Shown: piece by piece, positions 11,660-21,199 of the stretch
Layout: each line of letters begins with the position of its first letter
Numbering within the stretch: the first letter of the stretch is position 1
IMG/VR virus record: IMGVR_UViG_3300027752_001031
Direction: 5' to 3' (one strand)
DNA from: an uncultured virus (IMG/VR IMGVR_UViG_3300027752_001031)
Taxonomy: Duplodnaviria > Heunggongvirae > Uroviricota > Caudoviricetes
Length of the DNA: 64,000 nucleotides
Program-made: the position numbers and the translations under genes
Notes under the pieces: model-generated
What the model was told of the DNA's origin: nothing
Seen by the model: only the letters and a program-made list of their open reading frames with translations
Database searches by the model: none

Positions 11660-12659
11660 TTAGTTTTGCCCTAAGACTTTCTTGTAGTTCTGCATTTTCA
11701 CGTACATGAGTAACGAATGAATCCCTGCCCTGGATCTTACTTCCATCTGGTAGGATATACCATGCACCAGTTCTCTCTACATACCCCATCATCTCTGCTG
11801 TATCTACAAGATCTCCGATAATGTCTATGCCTGTCAAGTCACCCTTGAACATGAAGTCGTATTCTCCCGACTCGCCTGGTGCAGAGGTCTTAGAGTTTTG
11901 GACTTCCCAACGTACTCGTCGTCCGACCTTCTGCTCTATGAGCTTGTCTCCAACTTTAATCTTACGCTTTACTGCATTGTTGTCAGACGAAGACGAGAAC
12001 AGCTTTACGATAGTTGATGAGAAGAACTGCGTAGCATTGCCACCAGTAGGCACAGACTGCGTGTACATTGCAGTGATGTTGTTACGTGCCTGGGAGATAG
12101 CTACGATCAGTGCTGGCTTCTCCTGGTTGTTGGCATAGTTTATCATCATCCATGCGTGCTTAAGGTCTTTAGACTCTGCACCAATTTGCTTGGTCCTATC
12201 TAGGTCCTTTAGCTCTGTAGAGTCTTTTTCAAAGTATACCGCTGGTAGAAGCGAGCTAATGCTGTCAATTACAATCATGTCTACGCCTGCGTGTAGTAGT
12301 GCTACAACTACATCTACCATGTCGTTAACGCTTCTTGCTTCTGAGTAGATTAGCTGTGAGGTATCTACCCCTAGCTTCTCTGCCCACTCCTGATCGTAGG
12401 ACATCTCTGCATCTACCCAAGCACAAAGCTTGCCTTCTTTTTGAGCCAAGCCAATTGTCTGTAGGCAAAGAGAAGACTTTGCACTGGACTTGCTACCCCA
12501 CAGAAGAACCTGCCTTCCATAGGGGAAGCCACCGCCTAAAGCAGCGTTTAAGCCTGGACTGGGTGTAGCCTGAAACTCTGTTTTAATGCCCACAGCTGGT
12601 CCTAAGCGTTTTCTAATCTTTGGATCTAGCATTGCTAAAGCCTCATCAATCGTTGTCAA
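11649..12659 (-). CDS. recA: RecA/UvsX-like recombinase
   Basis: ALGGGFPYGR, Walker A-like GSKSSAKS, WVDAE, IVIDSIS, ISQAR, PTGGNATQFFSS, GAWY. Confidence 0.93.
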   Translation of the reverse strand: MTTIDEALAMLDPKIRKRLGPAVGIKTEFQATPSPGLNAALGGGFPYGRQVLLWGSKSSAKSSLCLQTIGLAQKEGKLCAWVDAEMSYDQEWAEKLGVDTSQLIYSEARSVNDMVDVVVALLHAGVDMIVIDSISSLLPAVYFEKDSTELKDLDRTKQIGAESKDLKHAWMMINYANNQEKPALIVAISQARNNITAMYTQSVPTGGNATQFFSSTIVKLFSSSSDNNAVKRKIKVGDKLIEQKVGRRVRWEVQNSKTSAPGESGEYDFMFKGDLTGIDIIGDLVDTAEMMGYVERTGAWYILPDGSKIQGRDSFVTHVRENAELQESLRAKLNGE

Positions 12660-15600
12660 TTACATCCTCCAATATAATAGTTCCATCTTTTGTTTTACCT
12701 AGAGAGAAGCCGTATGAGCTACCCTCTTTAATCTTCATATAAGCTTTAGGGAATGCGGTTGGGAACACCGTAACTGGCAGCAAGCTCCTTGAGGAGTCTG
12801 CTAGTGTTAGCGTTGCCATCTTCTTTCCAGCCTTTGTCATCCTTGGCTTGAACGATACTACATAAAGCTCATCATCCTTGAAGGGAAGAGTCTTGTAGTT
12901 TAAGTATTTAATTAATGACGACTCCTGCTTTCCGACTTGGTCAACTGGGATAGCGTTTACTATCCTGTTATCGCTACATAGTAGGATGTATGTCCTGCCA
13001 GTCTCAATAGTAGTTTGCTCGTCATCGAAGATGCTTACGCTGCCTGTCTTATCTAGGATCTCTACCCTGGACCATCCCTGTCCACGCTTAATGTTCTTAA
13101 CCATGCCCATCAGGATAAAGGCACCCTTTTCCTCAAACTCTTCCACGTCATTCATAAATGCGTGGTAGTGCTGTGGAACAGATATATTGAACTCTGGTAG
13201 ATTTAGAAATTCGTAAAGGTTCTCTCGTATCTCATCATCATTCCTAGGGTTGTCTGGGAACGTTGCTGCACCAATGACTCTTAGTGCTTGTAAGGATCTG
13301 CTATTGACTCCGCTACCCTTCTCAAACACAAATTCTTCAATGTTCTTGTAGGATGCAAAAGGTCTTGCAGCCAGAAGCTTGTTGGCAATGTTGTCAGATA
13401 TAAACTTAATTCCCGTTAGACCAAAGCGAATGCCCTTGCCCTCGATCTTGAAGTCCATGTCTGAATCATTAATGTGTGGTAGCTTAATGCTAATCCCCAT
13501 ACGCTTTGCCTCAATTAGATACTCTGTGCGAGCATCTTTGTCCTTTTCATTCTTTAGAATGGAGTACATGAACTCTAGAGGATAGTATGTCTTTAGCCAT
13601 GCCGTCCAGTATGAAAGAGTAGAGTACGCAACAGCGTGCGACTTGTTAAAAGAGTACCCTGCGTGAGCCTCGAAGTCGTGCCAGAGGTCAGTAGCCACAT
13701 TCGGGGTGAGGAACCTTGAAGCACCAGTCACGAATCTTTCCTTAAAGACGTCGAACTCTTTGGCATCCTTCTTCTTTCCAATGATCTTACGTACCTTATC
13801 GGCCTCTGACATTGACATTCCGCCAAGTTCTGTACAGGCCTGCATGACCTGTTCCTGGTATAGAATACATCCATAAGTCTCTTCAGTAAATGCTTTCATA
13901 ACCTGGTGGTGGTATCTGATGTTCTGCTTACCATGTTTTCTAGCAATATAATCCTTGCCAATGGTGTTAGCAGCACCTGGTCGTACAAGAGCGTTAGAGG
14001 CAGCTAGCTCTGCAAAGTTTTTTACGCCCATCCTAACCAATAGGTTTGTATATGGTGCAGCTTCACACTGAAAAACACCCTTTGTAAAGCCGTCAGAGAG
14101 CATCTGGTAGACTTTGGAGTCTTCCATGTCTACAGATAGCAGGTCAATTTTCTTGCCCTCACGTTGCTGTACAATGGTTAGTGTGTCTTTAAGAACACTA
14201 AGGGTCTTAAGACCAAGTGCATCAATCTTAATAAGGCCAATCTTTTCTGCTTCGGTCATGTCTACCGCAACTACTGGGATTCGCTCTTTGTTTCCTGGAG
14301 ATGTCCTAGTTTCCATTGGAGCAAACTTGAAGATAGGCTGTTTAGATGTAACTACTCCAGCTGCGTGAATACCAGTACCACGAATTCTACCACGGAGCTG
14401 ATCTCCATAAGACTCAATCTCTGGGTACTTCTCACGGAACCAGGCTGCCTGCTTTGAATAGCAGTAGTCGTCCCATGTGTCGATGACCTTTAGTACCTTG
14501 TTTACGTCAGTTAGAGGTATGTGCAGTACTCGAGCGATGTCTCGGACCACACCCTTATCTTTAAACTGCAAGAATGTAGCAATAGAAGCTACGTGCTTAT
14601 ACTGTCTAACTAGATAGTCTTTTACTTCTTCACGACGAGTATCCTGGATGTCTGTATCAATGTCTGGGAAATCATCTCTGTCGGGATTGATAAATCTGAA
14701 GAACAGGAGTCCATGCACTATGGGGTCAATGTCTGTGATGCCTAAGGCGTAGCAAAGCAATGAGCCTGCAGCAGATCCACGTCCTGGGCCTACCATGATT
14801 CCCTCTTTTTTTGCCCAATGGATCATCGAGCGTACTACGAGGAAGTATGGTCCAAAGTTCTTGTTCTTAATAACAGTTAGCTCTTCATCTAATCTTGCTA
14901 GATACTCGTCTGTGTGGACTGAGCGGTCTTTTAATCCCTGGATTGCAAGCTCTAGAAGCTCACCATCGGGGTCTTTATACTGTACTGGAAGAAGGTCTAG
15001 GTGGTCTTGGATATCGTAGTCTTGTACCTTACCAGCAATTGCAATGGTGGCCTCGTACATGTCATCTCGACTAATGCCCTGGGACTCCATAGCGGCGTGC
15101 ATCTCTTCATCTGAAAGTAGGTGGATGTCAAACTTTGCAAAGCTAATTTGCCTCTCACCGTATAGGTAGTCTAGACGATCCATAAGATTGTCTTTCTTAA
15201 GAGACTTCTCGTAAGTAGCATCCTTCTCAATCTTATTAGCGTAAGAGTTAAGGATAAGTTTAAGTTCCTGGATTTCTTTCTGTCCAGCATCAGAGTGGTG
15301 GCAGTCTGGTGTTACGACTGGGGTTACGCTGTATTCATCTGCAAGGGCAAGCAACTGCTTGTTTACTTCTGCAGGATTGTGTGGCATGACCTCAATATAG
15401 TAGTCATCTCCAAATACACGCTTGTGCCATTCAATAATACGCTTGGCTTCTGCAAGCTCTTCTGCCTCTATAGCTTTTGCCAAGGCACCAGAGAGACACC
15501 CAGATAGGACTATAAGCCCCTCTGAGTATTTCTCTAGCACCTCGTAGTCAATACGTGGCTTCTTAAAGAACCCCTCAGTCCAAGCAATTTCATTTAGCCT

Positions 15601-15921
15601 GTTGAGGTTCTCTAGTCCGACCTTGTTCTTGGCAAGAATAACTATATGGTTATAAACCAGGTCTAGCAGACCATCCCTTACATCATTGGCACGCTTATCG
15701 AAGCGGTCCTGTGTAATATAGCCTTCTACGCCAAGTATTGGCTTAATGCCCTTCTCTTTTGCATAACGGTAAAACTCTCTGTGACCAGAGAGAGAACCGT
15801 GGTCTGTAATTGCAACAGCAGGCATACCCAGTTCCTGGGCACGATCTACATACTCCTGTGGTGTGGCAATGCCATCAAACAGTGAGTAGTGTGTGTGAAC
15901 GTGTAAGCCAACATATGTCAT
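12646..15921 (-). CDS. dnaE: DNA polymerase III alpha subunit (family C)
   Basis: PHP HVHTHYSLFDG/TDHG, GPGRGSAAGSL, PDIDTD, HAAGVV, KIDALGL, YSFNKSHAVAY. Confidence 0.96.
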   Translation of the reverse strand: MTYVGLHVHTHYSLFDGIATPQEYVDRAQELGMPAVAITDHGSLSGHREFYRYAKEKGIKPILGVEGYITQDRFDKRANDVRDGLLDLVYNHIVILAKNKVGLENLNRLNEIAWTEGFFKKPRIDYEVLEKYSEGLIVLSGCLSGALAKAIEAEELAEAKRIIEWHKRVFGDDYYIEVMPHNPAEVNKQLLALADEYSVTPVVTPDCHHSDAGQKEIQELKLILNSYANKIEKDATYEKSLKKDNLMDRLDYLYGERQISFAKFDIHLLSDEEMHAAMESQGISRDDMYEATIAIAGKVQDYDIQDHLDLLPVQYKDPDGELLELAIQGLKDRSVHTDEYLARLDEELTVIKNKNFGPYFLVVRSMIHWAKKEGIMVGPGRGSAAGSLLCYALGITDIDPIVHGLLFFRFINPDRDDFPDIDTDIQDTRREEVKDYLVRQYKHVASIATFLQFKDKGVVRDIARVLHIPLTDVNKVLKVIDTWDDYCYSKQAAWFREKYPEIESYGDQLRGRIRGTGIHAAGVVTSKQPIFKFAPMETRTSPGNKERIPVVAVDMTEAEKIGLIKIDALGLKTLSVLKDTLTIVQQREGKKIDLLSVDMEDSKVYQMLSDGFTKGVFQCEAAPYTNLLVRMGVKNFAELAASNALVRPGAANTIGKDYIARKHGKQNIRYHHQVMKAFTEETYGCILYQEQVMQACTELGGMSMSEADKVRKIIGKKKDAKEFDVFKERFVTGASRFLTPNVATDLWHDFEAHAGYSFNKSHAVAYSTLSYWTAWLKTYYPLEFMYSILKNEKDKDARTEYLIEAKRMGISIKLPHINDSDMDFKIEGKGIRFGLTGIKFISDNIANKLLAARPFASYKNIEEFVFEKGSGVNSRSLQALRVIGAATFPDNPRNDDEIRENLYEFLNLPEFNISVPQHYHAFMNDVEEFEEKGAFILMGMVKNIKRGQGWSRVEILDKTGSVSIFDDEQTTIETGRTYILLCSDNRIVNAIPVDQVGKQESSLIKYLNYKTLPFKDDELYVVSFKPRMTKAGKKMATLTLADSSRSLLPVTVFPTAFPKAYMKIKEGSSYGFSLGKTKDGTIILEDVIDND

Positions 15922-15932
15922 CTAGTTAGTCC

Positions 15933-16589
15933 CTACCAGTCAATGTTGGTAGAGGTTACAGAAGTTGGTGTGTCGAACCCGAAGAAGAATGCTTCCTGCT
16001 CTGGGTAAGGCACTTCACGAACAACCTTTTCTAGGTTGTGTAGCTCATGCTCTGCCCATGTAAATGGCTCAGAGTCTGGGCTTGTAGGAATCAAGGTGTA
16101 GTTAGTCTCGGTTCCCTGGCCGTTACGCTTTAGCTTCCAGCCTAGGTTTGATACGCTACCAGTCTCTAGTGCATACTCACGAATTGTGTTGAATGCAGAC
16201 TGCTTGCTAACTCCCTGTGACCATACTGCGATGTAAGGGTCTTCTAGACCGTCATCTGCCAGAACGTTACAGTAGAAGCGTAGGCGTGCTCTCCAGCCAG
16301 CCTTTGGCTCCTTACGTGACATCTCGCAACCGAAGCAGCGACCCTCTGACTCCTGGGTACAAGCAGCCTTACGCTTGTAGTCCTTTGGATTTGTGTGCTC
16401 TGCGATAACTACCGAAAGACCACGGTCTTCTGCGTAGTGTGCAGAGTCTGTGTCAAGTTCTTCTACAAACCTGATTTTTGCTGCCTGTCCGTCTACTAGC
16501 TTTAGCCAGCGAACTTTTGGACCATTTGATTCGAATTTTGGCTTATCAAGTAATGCGTTGATATCTTTTAGCCCTTTGATTACGCTCAT
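15933..16589 (-). CDS. Probable single-stranded DNA-binding protein
   Basis: Lies between primase and polymerase; Zn-like C...CFGC, KRNGQGTETNY, acidic/aromatic tail (NIDW). Confidence 0.65.
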   Translation of the reverse strand: MSVIKGLKDINALLDKPKFESNGPKVRWLKLVDGQAAKIRFVEELDTDSAHYAEDRGLSVVIAEHTNPKDYKRKAACTQESEGRCFGCEMSRKEPKAGWRARLRFYCNVLADDGLEDPYIAVWSQGVSKQSAFNTIREYALETGSVSNLGWKLKRNGQGTETNYTLIPTSPDSEPFTWAEHELHNLEKVVREVPYPEQEAFFFGFDTPTSVTSTNIDW

Positions 16590-16618
16590 TTTTTTCTCCT
16601 GTATTTATTATTGTTGTA

Positions 16619-17563
16619 TTATTTTAGCATGGCGGCTATAGAGTTGTCAAACGAAACGCTTAACTTTTTTATTTCGCTGTCCTCCATGTCACCAATGTCT
16701 TTGTATTTCTTGTCTAGCTGTATTACGGAAACACGAGAGCCAAGCTTTTTAATTATCCTGTCTTTCATGTTGCCACCTGCTTCATCGTTATCTGCAATGA
16801 CAATAATTTCATTGAAGTATTTTTGAAGAAGATCTGTTTGCATATTAGATACGTTAGAGCCAAGGGTAGCTACTGCAGGGAATCCGCATTGGTCTAGCCT
16901 AATCGCATCAAAGGATGACTCTACTACATAAACCTTGCTGGATGTCTTTACTCTATGCAGGTTAAACAGAGTCTTACCTTTGGGGAGCTTTGGTGTATTC
17001 TTGAAGTCTTTACCCTCGATTGACCTACCGACAAATCCAACTGGCAGCCCGTTAGGTGCGTGTACTGGTATGGTAATCATGTCTTGCTTCTCTGAGAATC
17101 CTAGGGAAAACTTTTTGACAGACTCTTCTGTAATCTGCCGACCGCTGTAGTATCTCATTGCTCTTGGAGATGCCAGGGCATCTGAGCTAAGCCTTTTAAT
17201 TAGCAGCTCGTCAAATGGTACGTACTCTGGGACTTCCACGAGAGCCTTAGTAATCTCATCTGATAGATTTGAAGGAACTTCTTTGGACTTTATAAATCTG
17301 GCTGACTCGAAGTAGGTCCTTCCAGTTACGTGCATAACTAATTCATTTATGTCGGCAACCTTGTGACAAGAAAAGCAAAAGAACGTTCCCTTTGACTTGT
17401 CAACTTCTCCAGCTGGTGTGCGATGGTTTGGGTGGAATGGGCAGAACAATAGAAAGTCAAGGTCAATCTCACCCTCTATAGTTAAACCACTTCCTGTGAG
17501 AACTCTTTTGATCTGCTCTGCGGTGTATATATGACCGTTGTCCCGTCTACCCCTGCTATCCAT
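16619..17563 (-). CDS. dnaG: DNA primase (CHC2 zinc finger + TOPRIM)
   Basis: CPFH...FFCFSC, VVESSFDAI, ADNDEAG, KDIGDM. Confidence 0.9.
   Translation of the reverse strand: MDSRGRRDNGHIYTAEQIKRVLTGSGLTIEGEIDLDFLLFCPFHPNHRTPAGEVDKSKGTFFCFSCHKVADINELVMHVTGRTYFESARFIKSKEVPSNLSDEITKALVEVPEYVPFDELLIKRLSSDALASPRAMRYYSGRQITEESVKKFSLGFSEKQDMITIPVHAPNGLPVGFVGRSIEGKDFKNTPKLPKGKTLFNLHRVKTSSKVYVVESSFDAIRLDQCGFPAVATLGSNVSNMQTDLLQKYFNEIIVIADNDEAGGNMKDRIIKKLGSRVSVIQLDKKYKDIGDMEDSEIKKLSVSFDNSIAAMLK
16621..16629 (-). promoter_or_regulatory. Extended -10 promoter TGCTAAAAT upstream of SSB
   Basis: Followed by AGGAGA RBS and ATG at 16589. Confidence 0.55.
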
Positions 17564-17808
17564 TCGCTCTTCCTCTTGCCTACGTATACTGCATATAATG
17601 ATAATTTAAATTCGAATATTTCTTTTTCGCTGTTATATTTTATTGTGAAGTCTGGGTCTATGTCAACCCTAACAACATACCCAGAAAGTTTCATCTCAAG
17701 CATTAGTAACTTGACGTATTCGATTTTAAGTCTAGGTATAGCGGCATCGTCGTAGATGTCGCCGTCTAGATAAAACCTTTTTACTGGCTTATGATGAAGG
17801 CTGTTCAT
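17482..17808 (-). CDS. Hypothetical protein
   Basis: ATG 6 nt after TAGTATAAT (17815-17823). Confidence 0.7.
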   Translation of the reverse strand: MNSLHHKPVKRFYLDGDIYDDAAIPRLKIEYVKLLMLEMKLSGYVVRVDIDPDFTIKYNSEKEIFEFKLSLYAVYVGKRKSEWIAGVDGTTVIYTPQSRSKEFSQEVV

Positions 17809-17860
17809 CTTCCTATTATACTAGTTATCTGAATAATAAGCAATATAATCTGAATATTGT

Positions 17861-19081
17861 TTAACTGTTTTCATAGTCCTTGTACTTGTACCAACCCTTG
17901 TCAAAGTCGGCTTGGATTAAGAATTCTCCCATAAAACCGTTACGGTTCTTTCTAAATACACACTCGATGATGTCCGAGTTAGCTGCTCTACCCAGAGCAA
18001 GTACCCAGTCGGCGTCGTAAGCGATCTGACGGCTCCATGCTGTCTGTCCTAGTGTTGGTACTGTATCTAGCTTTGTAACGTCATCTGGAGTCGCTGAGGA
18101 TATGGCTATAATTGGAACTTCCTCGGAGATAGCCATAAGCTTTAGTTCACGAGAAAGGTTCTTCATTCTAACAGTCTCATTATCTGACTTCTGGTTTGGA
18201 GACATTAGCTGCAAGTAATCAACAATTACGAAGTCTGGCTTATACTGGTCAATCTTTCCACGGAGTACCGCTGGAGTTACCTCTCCTCCAGAGTCATTGG
18301 AAATGATGTGAAACTCTGGCTTTCCTTGAACCTTGGATGCGTGCCACTTCTTTAGGTCATCAATCTCTACCTGCCCTGAGCTCAGCTTGCGGTGCGAGAA
18401 AAGACCCTCACCCATAATGGCAAACACACGGTTACGAACCTCTGTCTCACTCATCTCAAGGCTTACGATCATAGGTGTCTTGCCTTGCTTCCAAGCTTGA
18501 ACTGCAAAGTATAGAGAAAGCCATGACTTACCAATACCTGGATAGGCTAGAAATACGCCAAGCTGTCCTGGCATAATTCCTGCTGGCAGGTAGTCATCAA
18601 ATCCTGGCATCCCAGTCTTAATACCCATAGACCCTAGCTCTGCCTGCAGCTTTGCATTCTCATAGTAGGCAATTGCTGAGTCAAGGTCTGTGGCGTCAAT
18701 GTCGCGGATGGCTGAGGTATTCTTTTTAAGCTCTGCTGTTTGACCTATGAGCTTTTCTAGTGCTGCAGTTGAGTTTCCATTCTGAACATCCGATGCAGCG
18801 TCACGAAGCATATCCTTAATACTATCATTAAGGTACTCTGCCTGAAGCTCTTCTAGATGGTGCTTGGTTGCACCAATACCTTGGACTGGCTGGAAATCTC
18901 TAAACTTGTCTATCACAAGAGATGTTGGTGGAACAGAGCCATTGTTCTCGGAGTATAGCCTAATGAACTCCCAGACATCCTTATGGGTTCTCAGAAGGTT
19001 ATCCACGTTGGCTTGTAGAAGAACGTGTACCTGCTTATCATCAAGCACTGCCGATATTAGTTTTGCTTCTGTATTACTCAC
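17861..19081 (-). CDS. dnaB: Replicative DNA helicase, DnaB family
   Basis: AYPGIGKS, SLEMS, VDYLQLM, SRELKLMA, IAYDAD, KNRNG. Confidence 0.93.
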   Translation of the reverse strand: MSNTEAKLISAVLDDKQVHVLLQANVDNLLRTHKDVWEFIRLYSENNGSVPPTSLVIDKFRDFQPVQGIGATKHHLEELQAEYLNDSIKDMLRDAASDVQNGNSTAALEKLIGQTAELKKNTSAIRDIDATDLDSAIAYYENAKLQAELGSMGIKTGMPGFDDYLPAGIMPGQLGVFLAYPGIGKSWLSLYFAVQAWKQGKTPMIVSLEMSETEVRNRVFAIMGEGLFSHRKLSSGQVEIDDLKKWHASKVQGKPEFHIISNDSGGEVTPAVLRGKIDQYKPDFVIVDYLQLMSPNQKSDNETVRMKNLSRELKLMAISEEVPIIAISSATPDDVTKLDTVPTLGQTAWSRQIAYDADWVLALGRAANSDIIECVFRKNRNGFMGEFLIQADFDKGWYKYKDYENS

Positions 19082-19382
19082 TTAACCACTTCTTCGCTGC
19101 AGCTCTTCGCTGCTGTCTCTCATTGATATCTTGCTCGTACTGGTCACGCTTGTCAACCAAGTTCTGTGCGTAGTTTGCAAAATATTTCCAGGTCGGATTT
19201 TGTGCTGCTTCGAAATAATATTCTAGCAGATCGTAGCAGTATTGTAAAGTGTACGATTCAATTAGGGCGTCTGAAGCCCACTGCTCAACGTTTAAATTGA
19301 TTTGAGGTCTTTGCTCATACCGTGCAGTATGCAGCTTACTGTAGCGACTGAGCAAGGAAAACCTCTCCTTGCGGTCTGCCAT
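19074..19382 (-). CDS. Hypothetical protein
   Basis: Translationally coupled upstream of dnaB. Confidence 0.7.
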   Translation of the reverse strand: MADRKERFSLLSRYSKLHTARYEQRPQINLNVEQWASDALIESYTLQYCYDLLEYYFEAAQNPTWKYFANYAQNLVDKRDQYEQDINERQQRRAAAKKWLSE

Positions 19383-19600
19383 TATTTTCCTTCTAGCTCG
19401 CTGGTTGCCTCATTGACCTTTTCAGATAGCTTTGCCTCGACAAAACTGTAAATGCGTTCAAAGGCTTCTGCGGTATTCTCACCGTCTCGCTTACTATCTT
19501 CAATCCCTAGGTCAATACGTAGTGACTGAAAGTTTCCCAGGTTGAGGGTGTACCCCAAACCAACCTTTACTGTAGTGCTATCGTTTTCCATACCCATCAT
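19382..19600 (-). CDS. Hypothetical protein
   Basis: GYTLNLGNFQSLRID; GAGAGG RBS; own promoter. Confidence 0.7.
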   Translation of the reverse strand: MMGMENDSTTVKVGLGYTLNLGNFQSLRIDLGIEDSKRDGENTAEAFERIYSFVEAKLSEKVNEATSELEGK

Positions 19601-19626
19601 GTCCTCTCTCGAACTTCTTTACTTAT

Positions 19627-19655
19627 AAGATACCACAAAAAATAGAATATTACAA
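19627..19655 (-). promoter_or_regulatory. Promoter TTGTAA-N17-TATCTT with TG extension heading the replication genes
   Basis: Both boxes at 17-bp spacing in an AT-rich gap. Confidence 0.55.
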
Positions 19656-19672
19656 GTGCAAAGAAATAATTT

Positions 19673-20221
19673 TTAAATGCTTTCTGACCAGATAGGAATA
19701 AATCTGCCATCTTCTGTTCTAGTATAAGCTAACATTCCATCACCCATACGTCTGGTCAACTCCTGAGTTGTAGGAGTTATATTGTTTGTTATTAACTTGT
19801 CTGCTCTTGGTCTCCCCATAGAGTAGGATGCTAGTGTATCACGAATATCTTTAACTTGCGACTCGGAATAATAACTTCTTACTTGCCACCCAGTCATACC
19901 GCCTTTTTGAGATCCAGTAGCTTTTACGATGACCCCTCTCTTAACAAGGTCTGGTATATACTTCTTGTGTCTATTAACAAGATCTGCCGTTTGACCAACC
20001 GTATACGCTCTCTCACGATTCTTTTTAAAATCACTGACGAGGCAGCTTTCTATTCTGTCTTGAATTATATTATAAACAGACATAATTCCGTTAGCTCTAT
20101 TTATATGATGAGATCTTACAAGATCTCCATTTAAGAACCACACCTTTTTGTTACCAGGTATCACGGCAGCTTCGTTATACTCTTCACGAGTTCTATAACC
20201 TCGTTTTGGATTACTGGACAT
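19673..20221 (-). CDS. MerR-like HTH DNA-binding protein
   Basis: YTVGQTADLVNRHKKYI...G...RSYYSESQV pattern. Confidence 0.6.
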   Translation of the reverse strand: MSSNPKRGYRTREEYNEAAVIPGNKKVWFLNGDLVRSHHINRANGIMSVYNIIQDRIESCLVSDFKKNRERAYTVGQTADLVNRHKKYIPDLVKRGVIVKATGSQKGGMTGWQVRSYYSESQVKDIRDTLASYSMGRPRADKLITNNITPTTQELTRRMGDGMLAYTRTEDGRFIPIWSESI

Positions 20222-20226
20222 ATAGA

Positions 20227-20673
20227 CTACTGGTTTGGTACACCAAGAATTATTAGGTTGACAGCAACGGATGCATCACCGCTTGAGTTGAATCTAACAA
20301 CGCCCTCAATGCGTGACGTTGTAACGCTTTTCAAAACAACGCTAACGTTTTTGCCAGCTGAGGTGTCCCCAATGTTTACTGGCGTGGCAGTGACTACTGG
20401 AGGATACTTTAGCTCTGGCTCGATTGAGTACTCAAAGGACTTCTCATTGCCAGCGCTCACTGTTGTATTGTTTACTACCTCTTTGTGTGCTGCTATCATT
20501 CTAGTCTCGGATGCGTTAAGGCTTTCCTTTCCATTTGATGGCGTGTCAATGGTGACATACCTGTAAGTGGATGATGATACCTGCGTAGAGATATTGTTAA
20601 TCGCATTAGCGATCTGATAAATGTAAGTTAGGTCAAGTGGTTGACCTCGTTCTGGTAGTGGAATAATTGCCAT
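20227..20673 (-). CDS. Probable minor tail/structural protein
   Basis: Beta-rich, YPPVVTATP (H-type lectin-like); last gene of the tail cluster; TGATATAAT at 20683-20691. Confidence 0.55.
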   Translation of the reverse strand: MAIIPLPERGQPLDLTYIYQIANAINNISTQVSSSTYRYVTIDTPSNGKESLNASETRMIAAHKEVVNNTTVSAGNEKSFEYSIEPELKYPPVVTATPVNIGDTSAGKNVSVVLKSVTTSRIEGVVRFNSSGDASVAVNLIILGVPNQ

Positions 20674-20692
20674 AGTTCTCCTATTATATCAC

Positions 20693-21199
20693 TTAAATTG
20701 CTTCTGGTCCAGCAGTATATGCTAGCAAGTAGTCTGAGGCTCTTGATATTGGAGACCCCTTTAGGTATACCTCGGCATTAAAGCTAGTTGGGGCAGTTAG
20801 CTGATCCACCCCTCCAACAAAATAAGTGCTTGGTATTATGAAGATTGAAGAATTTCCAACCACCCTTTTACCGTAAATCCAGTCTCCACCGTCACCAGTA
20901 TCCCATTTTAGCCAAACATCATACTCTGTTTCATTTCTTATGAGTGCTCCGTCTTTTTCAATTCTTACTGGATCCCAAATAAGATTGATGTGTCCTGAGC
21001 CAGGAGAGTTTCCTATAGAGGTCGTCCCTACAACAAAATCGTATTCTGGCTGAACCAAAACAATTGGAGACCAATGAGATAGCCTATTTCGGTCTTCGGA
21101 AACGACCCTGTACCTGACAAGATAGCCCTCTAGTCCAGAAATAATATCTGGCAGCGAACTGCTTGTAATTCTTGCTTTTTTGATTCCGTTATCTGCCAT
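20693..21199 (-). CDS. Probable minor tail protein
   Basis: FN3-like VRYRVVSEDRNRLSHWS; tail cluster. Confidence 0.55.
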   Translation of the reverse strand: MADNGIKKARITSSSLPDIISGLEGYLVRYRVVSEDRNRLSHWSPIVLVQPEYDFVVGTTSIGNSPGSGHINLIWDPVRIEKDGALIRNETEYDVWLKWDTGDGGDWIYGKRVVGNSSIFIIPSTYFVGGVDQLTAPTSFNAEVYLKGSPISRASDYLLAYTAGPEAI

